Assembly (NCBI GenBank): GCA_963728565.1
Contig: CAVSLC010000010.1
Coordinates: 267,978 to 331,977, forward strand
Direction of reading: 5' to 3'
DNA from: an uncultured delta proteobacterium
GTDB lineage: Bacteria; Desulfobacterota; Binatia; UBA9968
Length of the DNA: 64,000 nt
The position numbers and the translations under genes are program-made. Shown here piece after piece: positions 20,586 to 31,604 of this stretch (its first letter is position 1; every line of letters begins with the position of its first letter). The notes under the pieces are model-generated. The model made no database searches, was not told the DNA's origin, and saw only the letters and a program-made list of their open reading frames with translations.

Positions 20586-21527
20586 ATGAAAGTGCTAGTC
20601 ACAGGTGTTGCCGGCTTCATTGGCTCCCATTTGGCGGAGAAACTGCTCAGCAAAAAATATGACGTTCTCGGAGTCGACAAGTTTTTGGATAACTACCCGC
20701 GTCGATTCAAAGAGAAGAACCTTGGGACACTGTTGAAAAACCCGAAGTTCAAATTTCTCGAGGAAGATCTCCTACAGGTAAATCTGAGGGAGCTTTTGAA
20801 GGATGCCTCCTATGTCTTTCATTTGGCGGCGCAACCCGGAGTCCGTTCTAGTTGGGGTGATGAATTCATCCAGTATAGTCAGAACAACATTATGGCGACT
20901 CAGCTACTTCTGGAAGCCGGTAAAGAATCCCGCGTCAAGAAGATTGTTTACGCCTCTTCTTCCTCGGTTTACGGCGATACTAACGATCTTCCCATGCGCG
21001 AGGAAGGTAATACCCGGCCGGTATCGCCGTACGGCGTCAGCAAGTTGGCGGCGGAACATCTTTGCTATCTCTACTGGAAAGCTTACGGCCTCCCAACAGT
21101 ATCTCTGCGGTTCTTTACGGTGTATGGGCCGAGGCAAAGGCCGGACATGTTCTTTCACATTTTCATGGATCGTCTGCGCAAGAATGAGGAAGTTCCCCTT
21201 TATGACGACGGCGAGCAAACCCGGGACTTTACTTATTGCGCCGACATTGTTGATGGACTCCTAGGAGCGGCGGTTTACCCGGGCGCGGGCGAAGTGTTCA
21301 ACCTTGGCGGCGGTACGGAGAGCTCCGTTCTCAATGCGATCCATATTGTCGAAAAAATATCCGGCCGCAAGGCAAAGCTAAAGACCTTTGAACGGCAAAA
21401 AGGGGATGTACGGCACACCCGAGCGCGACTTGATGCGGCCGCTGAGAAGTTGCGCTATCGCCCTCAGGTTAGTTTGGAAGAAGGTTTAAGCCGGCAATGG
21501 CACTGGATTCAGAGGCTTGACGGTTGA
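20586..21527 (+). CDS. NAD-dependent nucleotide-sugar epimerase (UDP-glucuronate 4-epimerase-like)
   Basis: TGVAGFIG, HLAAQPGVR, ASSSSVYG, YGVSK and RFFTVYGPRQRPDM; AGGAGG RBS. Confidence 0.85.
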   Translation: MKVLVTGVAGFIGSHLAEKLLSKKYDVLGVDKFLDNYPRRFKEKNLGTLLKNPKFKFLEEDLLQVNLRELLKDASYVFHLAAQPGVRSSWGDEFIQYSQNNIMATQLLLEAGKESRVKKIVYASSSSVYGDTNDLPMREEGNTRPVSPYGVSKLAAEHLCYLYWKAYGLPTVSLRFFTVYGPRQRPDMFFHIFMDRLRKNEEVPLYDDGEQTRDFTYCADIVDGLLGAAVYPGAGEVFNLGGGTESSVLNAIHIVEKISGRKAKLKTFERQKGDVRHTRARLDAAAEKLRYRPQVSLEEGLSRQWHWIQRLDG

Positions 21528-21583
21528 TAAGATAGTCTCATGTCAACCAGTCGCCTATGAAGCATCATCAACAGGAGAGCCGT

Positions 21584-22444
21584 ATGCTTGATTACTCTGA
21601 GGAAGATGTCGGCAATATCGTATTGCTGGAGCACGTCAATCTCCAGGTGCCGGACCAACCTATGGCGATGCTTTTCTACATTGTCGGCCTCGGATTGACC
21701 CGTGATCCTTATCTGAACGTTGGCCTCGGCAATATGTGGGCTAACATAGGCGAACAGCAGTTCCACTTGCCGACCAGATCTGCGCAGAAAATCTCGGGTC
21801 ATATCGATCTGGTCATGCCGGATCTCGAAGCGCTTGGAGAACGGCTTTCATTAGTTGAAGCAGCGCTCAAAGATACGCAGTTTTCATGGTCGAGCAACCA
21901 GGATCACGTTGCCGTCACCTGTCCTTGGGGCAACCGGTTTCGCTGTTACGAGAGCGGCCCGGCCTTTGGTGATATGGCGCAGGGACTTGCCGCGGTTGAT
22001 TTCAACGTGCCCGAAGGAACTGCAGCGGCAATCGCGAATTTCTACCAGAACGTACTCGCCGCGCCCGCTACCGTCGAAACTGGTTCGGACCATGCCGTGG
22101 CGCAGGTGAATATTGGGCGTAATCAATGTCTGCGTTTTCGGGAGTCGAAAGAATCGATCCCTCCTTACGACGGCCACCATATTGCGATCTACGTGTCAAA
22201 CTTTTCACGGGCGCATGATTTTCTGAAAAGGCATCAGTTGATATCGGAAGATGTGCGCAATCACCAGTTTAGGTTTCAATCGATTATAGAAGCCGATAGC
22301 GGCCGGACTGTGTTTCTTCTGGAGCATGAGGTTCGAAGCCTGCACCATCCTATGTTCAACCGTCATTTCGTCAATCGCGACCCGGCACAGAGCCAGCGCA
22401 ATTATCGCCGCGGCCGGGATGCCCTGATACCGTTTCGCCCATGA
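21584..22444 (+). CDS. Hypothetical protein, probable VOC/glyoxalase-like fold
   Basis: EHVNLQVPD..A..FY..GLGL, QFHLP and YDGHHIAIY resemble VOC repeats; AGGAG RBS. Confidence 0.6.
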   Translation: MLDYSEEDVGNIVLLEHVNLQVPDQPMAMLFYIVGLGLTRDPYLNVGLGNMWANIGEQQFHLPTRSAQKISGHIDLVMPDLEALGERLSLVEAALKDTQFSWSSNQDHVAVTCPWGNRFRCYESGPAFGDMAQGLAAVDFNVPEGTAAAIANFYQNVLAAPATVETGSDHAVAQVNIGRNQCLRFRESKESIPPYDGHHIAIYVSNFSRAHDFLKRHQLISEDVRNHQFRFQSIIEADSGRTVFLLEHEVRSLHHPMFNRHFVNRDPAQSQRNYRRGRDALIPFRP

Positions 22445-22512
22445 TCATGGAGCTTAAACGGGGTTTGCACGTGTTTGACGTTCATTAGAAAAATAGCCAG
22501 CTAGGGGGAATT

Positions 22513-22680
22513 ATGCCGATCAGCAAAGAGCTCCTCGATATTTTGGCGTGTCCGAAGTGCAAGGGCGATATTCATCTAAATGATCGCGGCGATGGTCTTG
22601 TCTGCGACGCGTGTCGTCTCATGTATCCGATAAAGGATGATATTCCCATCATGCTCATTGACGAAGCCGAGCCTATTTGA
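22513..22680 (+). CDS. Trm112/YcaR (UPF0434) family protein, 55 aa, absent from the ORF track
   Basis: Hand translation MPISKELLDILACPKCKGDIHLNDRGDGLVCDACRLMYPIKDDIPIMLIDEAEPI*; GGGGGA RBS. Confidence 0.92.
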   Translation: MPISKELLDILACPKCKGDIHLNDRGDGLVCDACRLMYPIKDDIPIMLIDEAEPI

Positions 22681-23778
22681 ATGATTCCGGCCGATTGGGA
22701 AAATGTTCTGGTTGTTCAAACCAGCTTTCTCGGAGATACGGTTCTAACTTTGCCGTTGCTGTCGGAAATCAAGCGGCGCTATCCCGCCGGAAAGCTGACT
22801 TTGCTTTGTGCACCCGCTGCAGCGGAGTTGTTGAGATCGCACGAGGCCATCGATGAAGTCATGATCGATGATAAACGACGCCAGGACGCCGGTATCTTGG
22901 GGTTATGGCGTAAAGCCAGAGCTCTCGAACAAAAAAAATTCACGCTTGCCATTTCTCCGCACAAGTCGATGCGTAGTGCCTTGTTGTTGTTCCTAGCCGG
23001 AATTCCCCGGCGTGTGGGTTTCCGACAGAGTAAGGGAGCATTCTTGTTCCACGCTTTGGCCAATCGGGACCCGCTGCGTCATGATGTTGAAAGAAATCTT
23101 TCCATACTGGAGGTTTTGGGAATCCCTACGGAGACGTGCCAGCCGGCCATCAATCTTCCCGTGCCCGCGGCCAGCAGAAAGCGGGGTAGCCGGTTATTTG
23201 AATCCGCCGGCGTTGATCTAAACAAAAAAGTCATAGGGATTAATGCCGGTTCTGTTTGGCCTACAAAGCGTTGGTCGCCCGATCTGTTCGCCCAAGTAAT
23301 CGGAAAATTGAAGCAGGATGTAGATTGCGAAATTGTTCTTTTCGGCGGTCCCGAGGATCACCAGACAGTCGCACAAATCCAAGCGCTGTGTGGAACCGAC
23401 GTCACAAACTTGTGCGGTAAAACGGCTCTCCAAGATTTGCCCGCGGCGGTCAGCGTATGTGATCTGTTTATCACGAACGATAGCGGGCCGATGCATATTG
23501 CGGTTGCCTGCGGCGTTCCGCTGGTTGCGATATTCTGTGCTACGACACCCTCTCTGGGCTTTTACCCATACAGTTCCAAAGCCGTGGTCGTGCAAAAGGA
23601 CCTCCACTGCCGCCCCTGTAGCTCTCACGGAGGGAGACGCTGTCCGTTGGGAACGGAAGATTGCATCAAACTCGTTGGGTCGGAAGATGTCTTTCAAGCA
23701 GCCATGCGAATCCTGCAAGCTAACGACCGACTGCCGCCAGGTTCCAGCATTCACGAGCCTCAGTATCTCAATTTGTAA
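22681..23778 (+). CDS. waaF: LPS heptosyltransferase (GT9, WaaF-like)
   Basis: QTSFLGD.VLT.P, GSVWPTKRW, TNDSGPMH.A and C-terminal CRPC..C..C. Confidence 0.85.
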   Translation: MIPADWENVLVVQTSFLGDTVLTLPLLSEIKRRYPAGKLTLLCAPAAAELLRSHEAIDEVMIDDKRRQDAGILGLWRKARALEQKKFTLAISPHKSMRSALLLFLAGIPRRVGFRQSKGAFLFHALANRDPLRHDVERNLSILEVLGIPTETCQPAINLPVPAASRKRGSRLFESAGVDLNKKVIGINAGSVWPTKRWSPDLFAQVIGKLKQDVDCEIVLFGGPEDHQTVAQIQALCGTDVTNLCGKTALQDLPAAVSVCDLFITNDSGPMHIAVACGVPLVAIFCATTPSLGFYPYSSKAVVVQKDLHCRPCSSHGGRRCPLGTEDCIKLVGSEDVFQAAMRILQANDRLPPGSSIHEPQYLNL

Positions 23779-23829
23779 AAGTCTCGCCCAGCCTCCCTTG
23801 CTCAAGACCACCGCTGGCTTAGGTTCAAC

Positions 23830-24597
23830 TTGTTTAGCGACGAACGAATTTGGGGCGCCGGCGCCGCGGGGTTCATTAGGATAATTGCTGAGCCGCGCCG
23901 CCGCTTCGTGCTGCGCGCCGACGTGGCGGATGAACTTCAGATTGATATGTTCCGGGGAGACAATCATCCAGGTCAATTGAGCCGGTTTGCAGGAAGGGAG
24001 ACACTAAGAAGTGTCACCTTAAAAAACGGCGAAAACGCTCTCATTCGCGCCTACCGCCACGGCGGGGTTTTTCGCTGGATCACCGGGAAGAAGTTTTTCT
24101 CCTGGCCACCTCGCCCGTTCCGAGAATTAGCGATCACTGAAGAGTTGCGTCGCCGGGGTGTCCCGACAGTCGAGGTGTACGGCGCGGGCGTGGAGGGTAT
24201 TATCGGCCCTTTCTACCGCGGCTGGCTCATCACCCGAGAGTTGAAGGGTTCCTATGATTTGTGGACAGCATTACAAAACGGTTTTGTTCATAATTGGACG
24301 CCTGAGAAGGTCCTTCGAGCGGTGGCCAGCAGCCTGCGCTCGTTGCATCGCGAGGGTGTTTACCACAGCGATTTGAATCTTAAGAATATACTAGTGAAGG
24401 CAGAGCCCGCCGGGGTGAAAGGTTATATTATTGATTTTGACAAGGCGGTATTGTTCGTCGGCGGCCTGCCGGACCCGCTTGTGAAGAAAAACTTGCGGCG
24501 TCTTTTACGTTCCGTATCGAAGCTCGATCCACAACGACAATATCTGCCCGCGGCGGATTGGGATAAGTTAGTGACTTGGTATTATGAGGCGGATTAG
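23830..24597 (+). CDS. kdkA: Kdo kinase KdkA-like
   Basis: R.YRHGG, RPFREL, HSDLNLKNIL, IIDFDK and NLRRLLRS match the KdkA pattern. Confidence 0.75.
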   Translation: MFSDERIWGAGAAGFIRIIAEPRRRFVLRADVADELQIDMFRGDNHPGQLSRFAGRETLRSVTLKNGENALIRAYRHGGVFRWITGKKFFSWPPRPFRELAITEELRRRGVPTVEVYGAGVEGIIGPFYRGWLITRELKGSYDLWTALQNGFVHNWTPEKVLRAVASSLRSLHREGVYHSDLNLKNILVKAEPAGVKGYIIDFDKAVLFVGGLPDPLVKKNLRRLLRSVSKLDPQRQYLPAADWDKLVTWYYEAD

Positions 24598-24710
24598 AGA
24601 ATCGGCGTAGCTCGGAGGAGCATACCGATCGTGCTGTATGTTCGATGGGGAGCCAATGAGATTCAAGCGAATATCTGTGGTTCAAACGCGCAGGCAGTGA
24701 AGGTGCGGCA

Positions 24711-25571
24711 TTGATTTCTCGGCTGAGATATCGCGAGCTAAAGGAAGATGGCTGGAGTCTCACGGTCGATTCAGATAGCTGGTCCCGGTCGCTCTGGCGG
24801 GTTATCTTGGCAAACATTCACGAACAGGTGCCTAGCCGGCATCCGCAAACCTTGAAGTTGAACTTGCCGGAAAGCCAACAGCAGAGTTACTTCTTAAAAG
24901 TCTACCATCCCGCATCAGGGTGGAGCGCGGTGAAAGACTGGTTTCGGGCTTCGAAGGCACTGCGTTTTCTAGAACAAGGGATGGCGCTTTCCGAGGCCGG
25001 ATTCCTCGTTCCACCGGCACTTGCGGCTGGCGAGAAACGTCACTTCGGCATGTTGGAAACGGCATTCGTGCTCACAGCCGCTATCGATGGTGCGCCTTTG
25101 ACGATCTTTCTAGAGAACAATGCCGGGGGCACGAGCGCGGCGCTTTCCGTCATCGAAAAGAGAGCGGCGTTGCAAGCTTTGGCGCGGCAAATCCGCCGCT
25201 TTCACGATCTTGGATTCGTCCACGGTGACTTGGTGGCTTCAAACATCTTTGTCCGCCGGGATCCGGCAATGAATTTACAGTTTATTTTCATGGATAACGA
25301 CCGCACCCGACGATATCCTAAATGGCTGCCGCAGTCTTTATGGAAGCGCAATTTAGTGCAGCTCAACCGATTGCCTCTCTCATCCATAGCCTTGCAAGAT
25401 CGAATTAGATTCTTTCAAGAGTACTCAGGAGCGCGGCGCGCAGCCGATCTCGATCGCCCGTTCCTGAAGTGGCTGGAACAAAAGACTCGCGAGCGCCGCA
25501 GGCAATGTGACTCGGTCGATGCGACGATTAGCTTTCGACAGTTAATGCGTTCGCCAACAGAAAGCAATTAA
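24711..25571 (+). CDS. LPS kinase (Kdo/WaaP/InaA family)
   Basis: YFLKVY, HGDLVASNIFV, FMDNDR and NLVQLN. Confidence 0.8.
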   Translation: MISRLRYRELKEDGWSLTVDSDSWSRSLWRVILANIHEQVPSRHPQTLKLNLPESQQQSYFLKVYHPASGWSAVKDWFRASKALRFLEQGMALSEAGFLVPPALAAGEKRHFGMLETAFVLTAAIDGAPLTIFLENNAGGTSAALSVIEKRAALQALARQIRRFHDLGFVHGDLVASNIFVRRDPAMNLQFIFMDNDRTRRYPKWLPQSLWKRNLVQLNRLPLSSIALQDRIRFFQEYSGARRAADLDRPFLKWLEQKTRERRRQCDSVDATISFRQLMRSPTESN

Positions 25572-25582
25572 CTTCAAAGACG

Positions 25583-27299
25583 ATGGTAAAGGCGACTAAC
25601 CGGAACACCCTGGTTCATTTGATTCTTCTGGCAGGGGTTTGCGCGTTGGTATTCTTGCTCTTCCTGGATAGGACTCCGTTTCACGACAAAGGAGAGCCGC
25701 GCGAGGCGCTCGTGGTTCGCGACATTGTGCTGGAAGGACGTTGGTTGCTTCCTTTAAGGGCTGGCGAACACATCGCTTCGAAGCCGCCGCTGTTCCATTG
25801 GTTTGCCGCTGGAGCTTCGATTCTTCAGGGCGAAATGACCGAAGCCAGCATCCGCTTTCCCTCGGCTTTTTTCGCGACGCTCGGTGTTTTCCTTTGTTAT
25901 TTTTTTGCGAGACGGCTATATGATTCGAAAACCGGGCTTTGGGCAGGTTTGATTCTTGCCACAACCGCGTTGTACTACGCCGCCGGCATCGAAGCTCGGG
26001 TCGACATGACCTTGGTCTTTTTTGTTACCCTGACCCTGGTTCTGTTTTTTTCAATTTATCGCGGCTTTCTGCAACATGCCATCTGGTGGTATCTGTTTTT
26101 CATAACCGCCGGGGCCAGCGTCACCGCGAAAGGACCGGTAAGCATTGTTCTTTGCGGTTTAGTGATTGCTATATTTTTAATGCTGCGAAAGAGATGGGAT
26201 ATTTTAAGGACCATGCTTTGTCATCCGGGATTGCTCCTCGGTATGGTACTCTGCGTTGCGTGGTACGCTGCGGCACTTTACCTAGGAGGAGACGAATTTT
26301 TTAACCTGCAGTTCGTCAAAGAAAACTTCGCGCGATATTTTGTCCATGGTGAAGGGGGAACCGGACACCAGAAGCCATTCTACTATTTCGTTCCGTACCT
26401 TTTTACATTGGGAATGCCTTGGACTTTGTTTTTGCCGGGTGTCATCTGGTCCTATTTCTCGGATCGCTTCCGCCTGAGAGAGGACTTACTCTTCCTCGGT
26501 CTGTGGGCCGCTACAGTTTTCGTGTTCTTTTCTCTTTCAGCAGGGAAAAGACCGCCGTATATTTTGCCTCTTTATCCGCCCGTGGCATTGCTCATCGCGC
26601 TGTGGCTTCGCGATCAGACGGTCGGAAGTTTTTGGAAAGCCGGCTATTTCAAATTTGTCGCCGTATTGGCATCTCTGACCGGAGCTGTTCTTGGTGCGGC
26701 TTTGGTGATTTACTCGACTCGGTTGGATGTTGTTTCGGTGCTCCTATCGCTCGGAGTAGCGATACAAGAAAACGTCTCCACTGAAGTTTCAAGTCTATTG
26801 AGCGCGTTACGCGATATCGGCTGGCTCGTTCCTGTGTCGTTTGTGGCTGGCATGGTGCTTTGGTTTTCAGTTGCGCGGAGTCTTTACCGATGCCGCATTG
26901 ACACCGCAGTGGCCCAGATGGTGCTGGTCTCGGTTTTAGCGATTGCTTTCGCGCGCAGCTTAATTCTTCCGAATTTAGCGAAGATGGAAAGCTATAAAGA
27001 TTTTATGCAAATCGGCAACGGCAGCAGCTGCCGGCGGGCAGTCCCTCATTCTATTTCCACGTCACATCGATCCGTCATCGATTATCTTCTATGGCGAAAG
27101 CAAGGTTGAGATCCTTCCCGATGATGTGGCAGTGCTGCAGAGAAAAATAACTCAATCCAAAGATTATATTATCGTCGAGGAGGATCTTTGGAATAATCAG
27201 ATAGCCGAGAGTTCATCGATCCCGGTTCTCGAGCGCAGTCGCGGCAGCGGTCCCGACGGGGACGCCCGGCTCGTTCTGGTTCGAGGCTACGGAAACTGA
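25583..27299 (+). CDS. ArnT/GT83-like polyprenyl-phosphate-sugar transferase; frameshift near 27010
   Basis: DKGEPRE, KPPLF.W, KGP, H.KPFYYF and K...YILPLYP with many TM helices; frame continues SATAAAAGGQSL..RGYGN* to 27299. Confidence 0.85.
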
Positions 27300-27491
27300 C
27301 TTACGGCGTCGGCGCGATCAGCGGCGTCTAGATCGCGGGGCTGACTATTTATTTGCCGACCGGCAATGTCTTCGCGAAGAAGAGGCATAGCGGTTCCCAG
27401 AACTTGGGTTTGGCAATTCTCCCGGCTCGGATTGTAACGATCGGATCATCTAAGAATCGATCCTGAACCTAATCGATTAACCCTGCCAATC

Positions 27492-28653
27492 TTGAAAATC
27501 GCCTTAGTTCATAAACGGCTCGATCTAAAGGGCGGAACCGAAAGGGACCTTTATTTAACGGCTGAAGGGCTGCGCGATCTCGGCCACGAGGTCCATCTAT
27601 TCTGCAGTGAATTCGCGGTACAAGCCCCCGCCGGTGTGGTCGCGCATCGTGTTCCGGTGGTGCCTTTTGGAAGAACCGCTCGCCTGTGGAGTTTTGCCCT
27701 GGTCGGGTCGAGGCTCGCTGCGGCAAAGCATTGTGATGTCATCATTGGCTTTGGACGTATTCTCAAGCAGGACGTCCTGCGCTGCGGCGGCGGCTCCCAT
27801 CGATATTTTCTGAAACAACTCGGCGCCGAAGGCGGTTGGCGTCGCCGCGCCTGGCAAAAATTGAGTATTTATCACCAGAGCGTTCTGGCAATTGAACGCC
27901 GGCAGTACGGCATCGATGGATTCAAAGAAATCATCGCGGTGTCCGACAAGGTGAAAAACGATTTGATGCGCATCTACTCGATTCCGGAGCATAGAATCAG
28001 AGTGATTTATAACGGGGTCGATCCAATTCGTTTCACTCCGAGTCGCCGAGAGAAGGCGCGGGTGGTAATCCGAGACCAGTGGGGAATCCCACGCACCGCT
28101 ACGGTAGTCTTGTTTATAGGCAGCGGCTTCCAGCGGAAGGGGCTGGATCGTTTGCTTGCAATTTGGAAATCCCAGCGATTACAGAAGACCTGGTTATTGG
28201 TGGTCGGCGATGACGCTGGCATCGCGCGCTATAGGAAACTGGCAGAGACGGTGGGACAGGGACGAATCATATTGACGGGACGACAAGCTGACGTTGAAAG
28301 CTATTATGCCGCGGCAGATATGTTGGCATTGCCTGCTGCGCAGGAAGCGTTCGGCAATGTAGTCCTGGAGGCGCTTTCGTCGGGCTTGCCGGTCCTGGTG
28401 AGCCGCGAAGTCGGAGCAGCTGAAGTCCTGAGCGGTGCTCTGCTCCAAGGGATTGTCGACAATCCCGAGGATCCAGTAAAATTAGAAACCCAATTGGTCG
28501 CAACTCCTGGAGCACGCGGCCGACCCGGAGCTTATCAGAGAGGCGACAACGGTAGCGGCCCGATTCTCCTGGCAGAATCACTTCAGAGAACTAGAAGATC
28601 TCTTGTTCAGAATTGGCTCGTCCAGGTGTGGCCACCGCGCAAATGTTGCCTGA
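27492..28653 (+). CDS. GT4 glycosyltransferase, WaaG-like; frameshift near 28500
   Basis: GGTER, FIGSGFQRKG and EAFGNVVLEA; alternative frame ..RFSWQNHFRELE.. ends at 28653. Confidence 0.82.
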
Positions 28654-29485
28654 CTTCGTTTTGCTCCGGCATCGAGCCACATCGGTTTGGATTGATGCAA
28701 AGTTCAATAAGCCGGCACTTATAGAGCTAATCTGGGATCCTGATCGATTTTTTTCCGATAAAAGATGCGTCGTTGTTAAAGATCAGAAGAAAATCAAGGT
28801 TGGGCGCATAGCAGTCGAAATCTCTGGAGAGCTTTACCGGATATTCATCAAACGTTACAACGCGTTTTCCTGGCGCGCTCGGTTACTGTCGATTTTCACC
28901 CGATCCGGCGCCTTCCGATCCCTGCAAGGCGCGGCCATTTTACATAGGGCCGGTTTCGCAACCGCGAAGCCGATTGCGGCGCTGGAATCACGCCGCTGGG
29001 GAGTGGTAACCAAAAGCTTCTATCTCAGCGAGGAAATAGCCGGTGGAAAAACCGCCGACGCCTATTGGCGTGAAGATCTAACGACCGCTCAACCTCATAG
29101 TTTTCGGCATCGGCGGCGGTTTCTAAGCGGCTTGGCTCTGACTTTCCAGGCGCTTCATCGGCAGGGTGTTTACCACAATGATCTGAAGGACGCCAATATC
29201 ATAGTGGTTGCCGAAAAGAATGCTGAGCTGTTTTACCTTCTCGATCTCGAAGGGACGCGGCGATATGCCGATCTCAATCTCAGGCGCAAGATCAAAAACA
29301 TCGTTCAGCTGAACCACACTCTGGGCCGTCTTCTCCGTCGTACCGAGAAAATGTATTTCCTTAAAGTTTATCTCGACTCTAGCTTTGCCAGTAAGCCAAT
29401 CAAGCGGCGCTGGGTTGCCGCAGTGCTTGAGCAAAGCAGGCGGCGCGATCTGAAGTCACGACGGGTCGCTAGAAAACCAGTCTAA
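28643..29485 (+). CDS. LPS kinase (WaaP/InaA family)
   Basis: FIKRY, HNDLKDANII and LLDLEG. Confidence 0.8.
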   Translation: MLPDFVLLRHRATSVWIDAKFNKPALIELIWDPDRFFSDKRCVVVKDQKKIKVGRIAVEISGELYRIFIKRYNAFSWRARLLSIFTRSGAFRSLQGAAILHRAGFATAKPIAALESRRWGVVTKSFYLSEEIAGGKTADAYWREDLTTAQPHSFRHRRRFLSGLALTFQALHRQGVYHNDLKDANIIVVAEKNAELFYLLDLEGTRRYADLNLRRKIKNIVQLNHTLGRLLRRTEKMYFLKVYLDSSFASKPIKRRWVAAVLEQSRRRDLKSRRVARKPV

Positions 29486-29659
29486 GATCATGCTCGGTCG
29501 GACCTTGTCCGTCGGAATCACGCTGCGGCGCTACCGATAACCAACAATTCCTAGTGGCCTTGGAGTAAACGGTTTGATGTCAGTTAATCTTCTATCCAGC
29601 AGTTGTACGACAATTACCTGGTTGTGAAAGCAAGCCGGCGCTATCTATGAACCGCCGAG

Positions 29660-30581
29660 GTGATCTTGTCCGCTAAAGTCAGTATTTTGATTCCTACGCA
29701 TAATCGCGCAGGCAGTTTGAAGCGGCTCTTGGATAGTTTGGAAGCATCGGCAGGTCTCGAGGAAACTCCGTTGGAGATTATCATAGTCAACAATCATTCG
29801 ACGGATGCCACGTCGCAGCTTCTCATGGAAGTATTGGCTCAGGATAGAAGATTTCCAATCCTAGTATTGGACGAGTTTAAACGCGGTAAATCTTGGGCAT
29901 TGAACCTCGGTTTAGGACGTGTAACCGGAAGCTTGGTATTGCTACTCGACGACGACATTTCAGTCGATAGATTTTGCGTCGCCGAGCATGTTGCGGCTTA
30001 TAAAGATGGGTTTTTTGATGCGGTTCAAGGGAAGGTTTTAGCTGGCCTCGACCCCGAAGGACAACCGGCCGATATGGCGCGGCTGAGAGAGTATAACATC
30101 CCATTAGTCGATCATGGTGACGCATCGTGTGAGGTTCGCGGATTTACCGGGACCAATGTTTCACTCAAGCGTGAGGTATTTGAAAAGGCCGGACTTGTTT
30201 GACACCCGGCTGGGCCCTGGCGCATCCGGGTTTAGCGAGGACACTGAGTACTCAAGGCGCATTCGGGAAAACGGGTTCAAAATAGGGTATGCTCCCAAGG
30301 CGATTATTTATCACGAGCTCAATCCGGAACGATACGGCAGTTCCTACAGCCGAATTGTTCAGTATCGCAAAGGGATCAGCCGAAGTATTTATCGGAACGA
30401 TTCTCTGGTATTTCGTGTCTTACCTGATCTCATCGGCAATTGCATTCGCTACCTGGCTTACACCGCCATGGGACGGCGGCAAAAAGCCTATAAGACCCAA
30501 GGGCGAATTGCGAAAAATTACGGTTATATAGCCGGGAAGGTGCAGAAGCGGGTGCTTCAACAAAGACGGACTCGATCATAA
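29660..30581 (+). CDS. GT2 glycosyltransferase; frameshift near 30195
   Basis: SILIPTHNR, IIVNNHSTD, LLDDD and GTNVS; GLFD.RLG..SEDTE continues in the next frame. Confidence 0.82.
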
Positions 30582-30794
30582 CTGCGGTCATGAGATCTCT
30601 CGCCCCGGTGATCAAAGCTACTTCGGTCTAGTTTGTTCGTCCGATGAAGCATTCGAAAAGTCATCAGATCACCTAATTCGATCAGGCGCTGTTTTTATTT
30701 AGAGGCCTAGCGCTATTATAATTAGTTTGTTGAGGATTTTAGAGCGGCAACTTTTGCGCCGTGAGTCAGCGCGATCACCTTGTCTTGTGAAGCC

Positions 30795-31604
30795 ATGGAT
30801 GACGGACAGCTCCACTCCGCATCGAAACCTAGCGTTTCGGCAATCATCGTTTGTTACAACGAGGAAGAGAATATTGGCCGTTGTTTGAAGAGCTTGCGAT
30901 GGTGCGATGAAATCGTTGTAGTAGATTCGTTCAGTACCGACCGTACGGTAGAGATCTGCCGGCAGTTCACGAATATTATCATCCAGCGCGAATGGGCGGG
31001 ATATCGGGACCAAAAGGCTTTCGCCCATTCGAAAGCGACCAAAGATTGGGTGCTTATGATAGATTCCGACGAAGAAGTGACGCCGGAGCTACAAAACGAG
31101 ATCCTTGAGCAATTAGCAGTCGCCGGCACGTTTTGCTCAGGATTCCTGCTGCCCCGGTTGGTGTTTTATCTAGACCGCTGGTGGCGCCGCGGCGGGTGGT
31201 ATCCGGATTATGACGTTCGATTGTTTCGCCGAGAGCTTGCCACGTGGGGCGGGACCGATCCCCATGAAAAAATCATCGTCGACGGCCCGGTGCGCCGCCT
31301 GCGAAACCCGCTGCATCATTTCTCGTATCGGAATATCGATGACCATATCCAACGAATCAATCGGTTTACTTCCATTTCATCCAGAGAACTCCGCACGCAA
31401 GGTGAACGCTGGCGCCTGAGCGATGCCTTGCTACGGCCGGCATTCAGATTCTTTCGTTCTTACTTCTTAAAGCGAGGTTTCATGGAAGGCTTTGCCGGCT
31501 TCCATGTGGCCGTCACTGCCGCCATGTACGTCTTTTTGAAGTATGCTAAGCTCTGGGAACTTGAGCTGAAGGAGAAAAAGGAAGTTGGGCGGAAGCGGTC
31601 ATAG
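30795..31604 (+). CDS. GT2 glycosyltransferase (KdtX/WaaE/LgtF-like)
   Basis: NEEENI.RCL, VVDSFSTDRT, DSDE and GWYPD. Confidence 0.85.
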   Translation: MDDGQLHSASKPSVSAIIVCYNEEENIGRCLKSLRWCDEIVVVDSFSTDRTVEICRQFTNIIIQREWAGYRDQKAFAHSKATKDWVLMIDSDEEVTPELQNEILEQLAVAGTFCSGFLLPRLVFYLDRWWRRGGWYPDYDVRLFRRELATWGGTDPHEKIIVDGPVRRLRNPLHHFSYRNIDDHIQRINRFTSISSRELRTQGERWRLSDALLRPAFRFFRSYFLKRGFMEGFAGFHVAVTAAMYVFLKYAKLWELELKEKKEVGRKRS

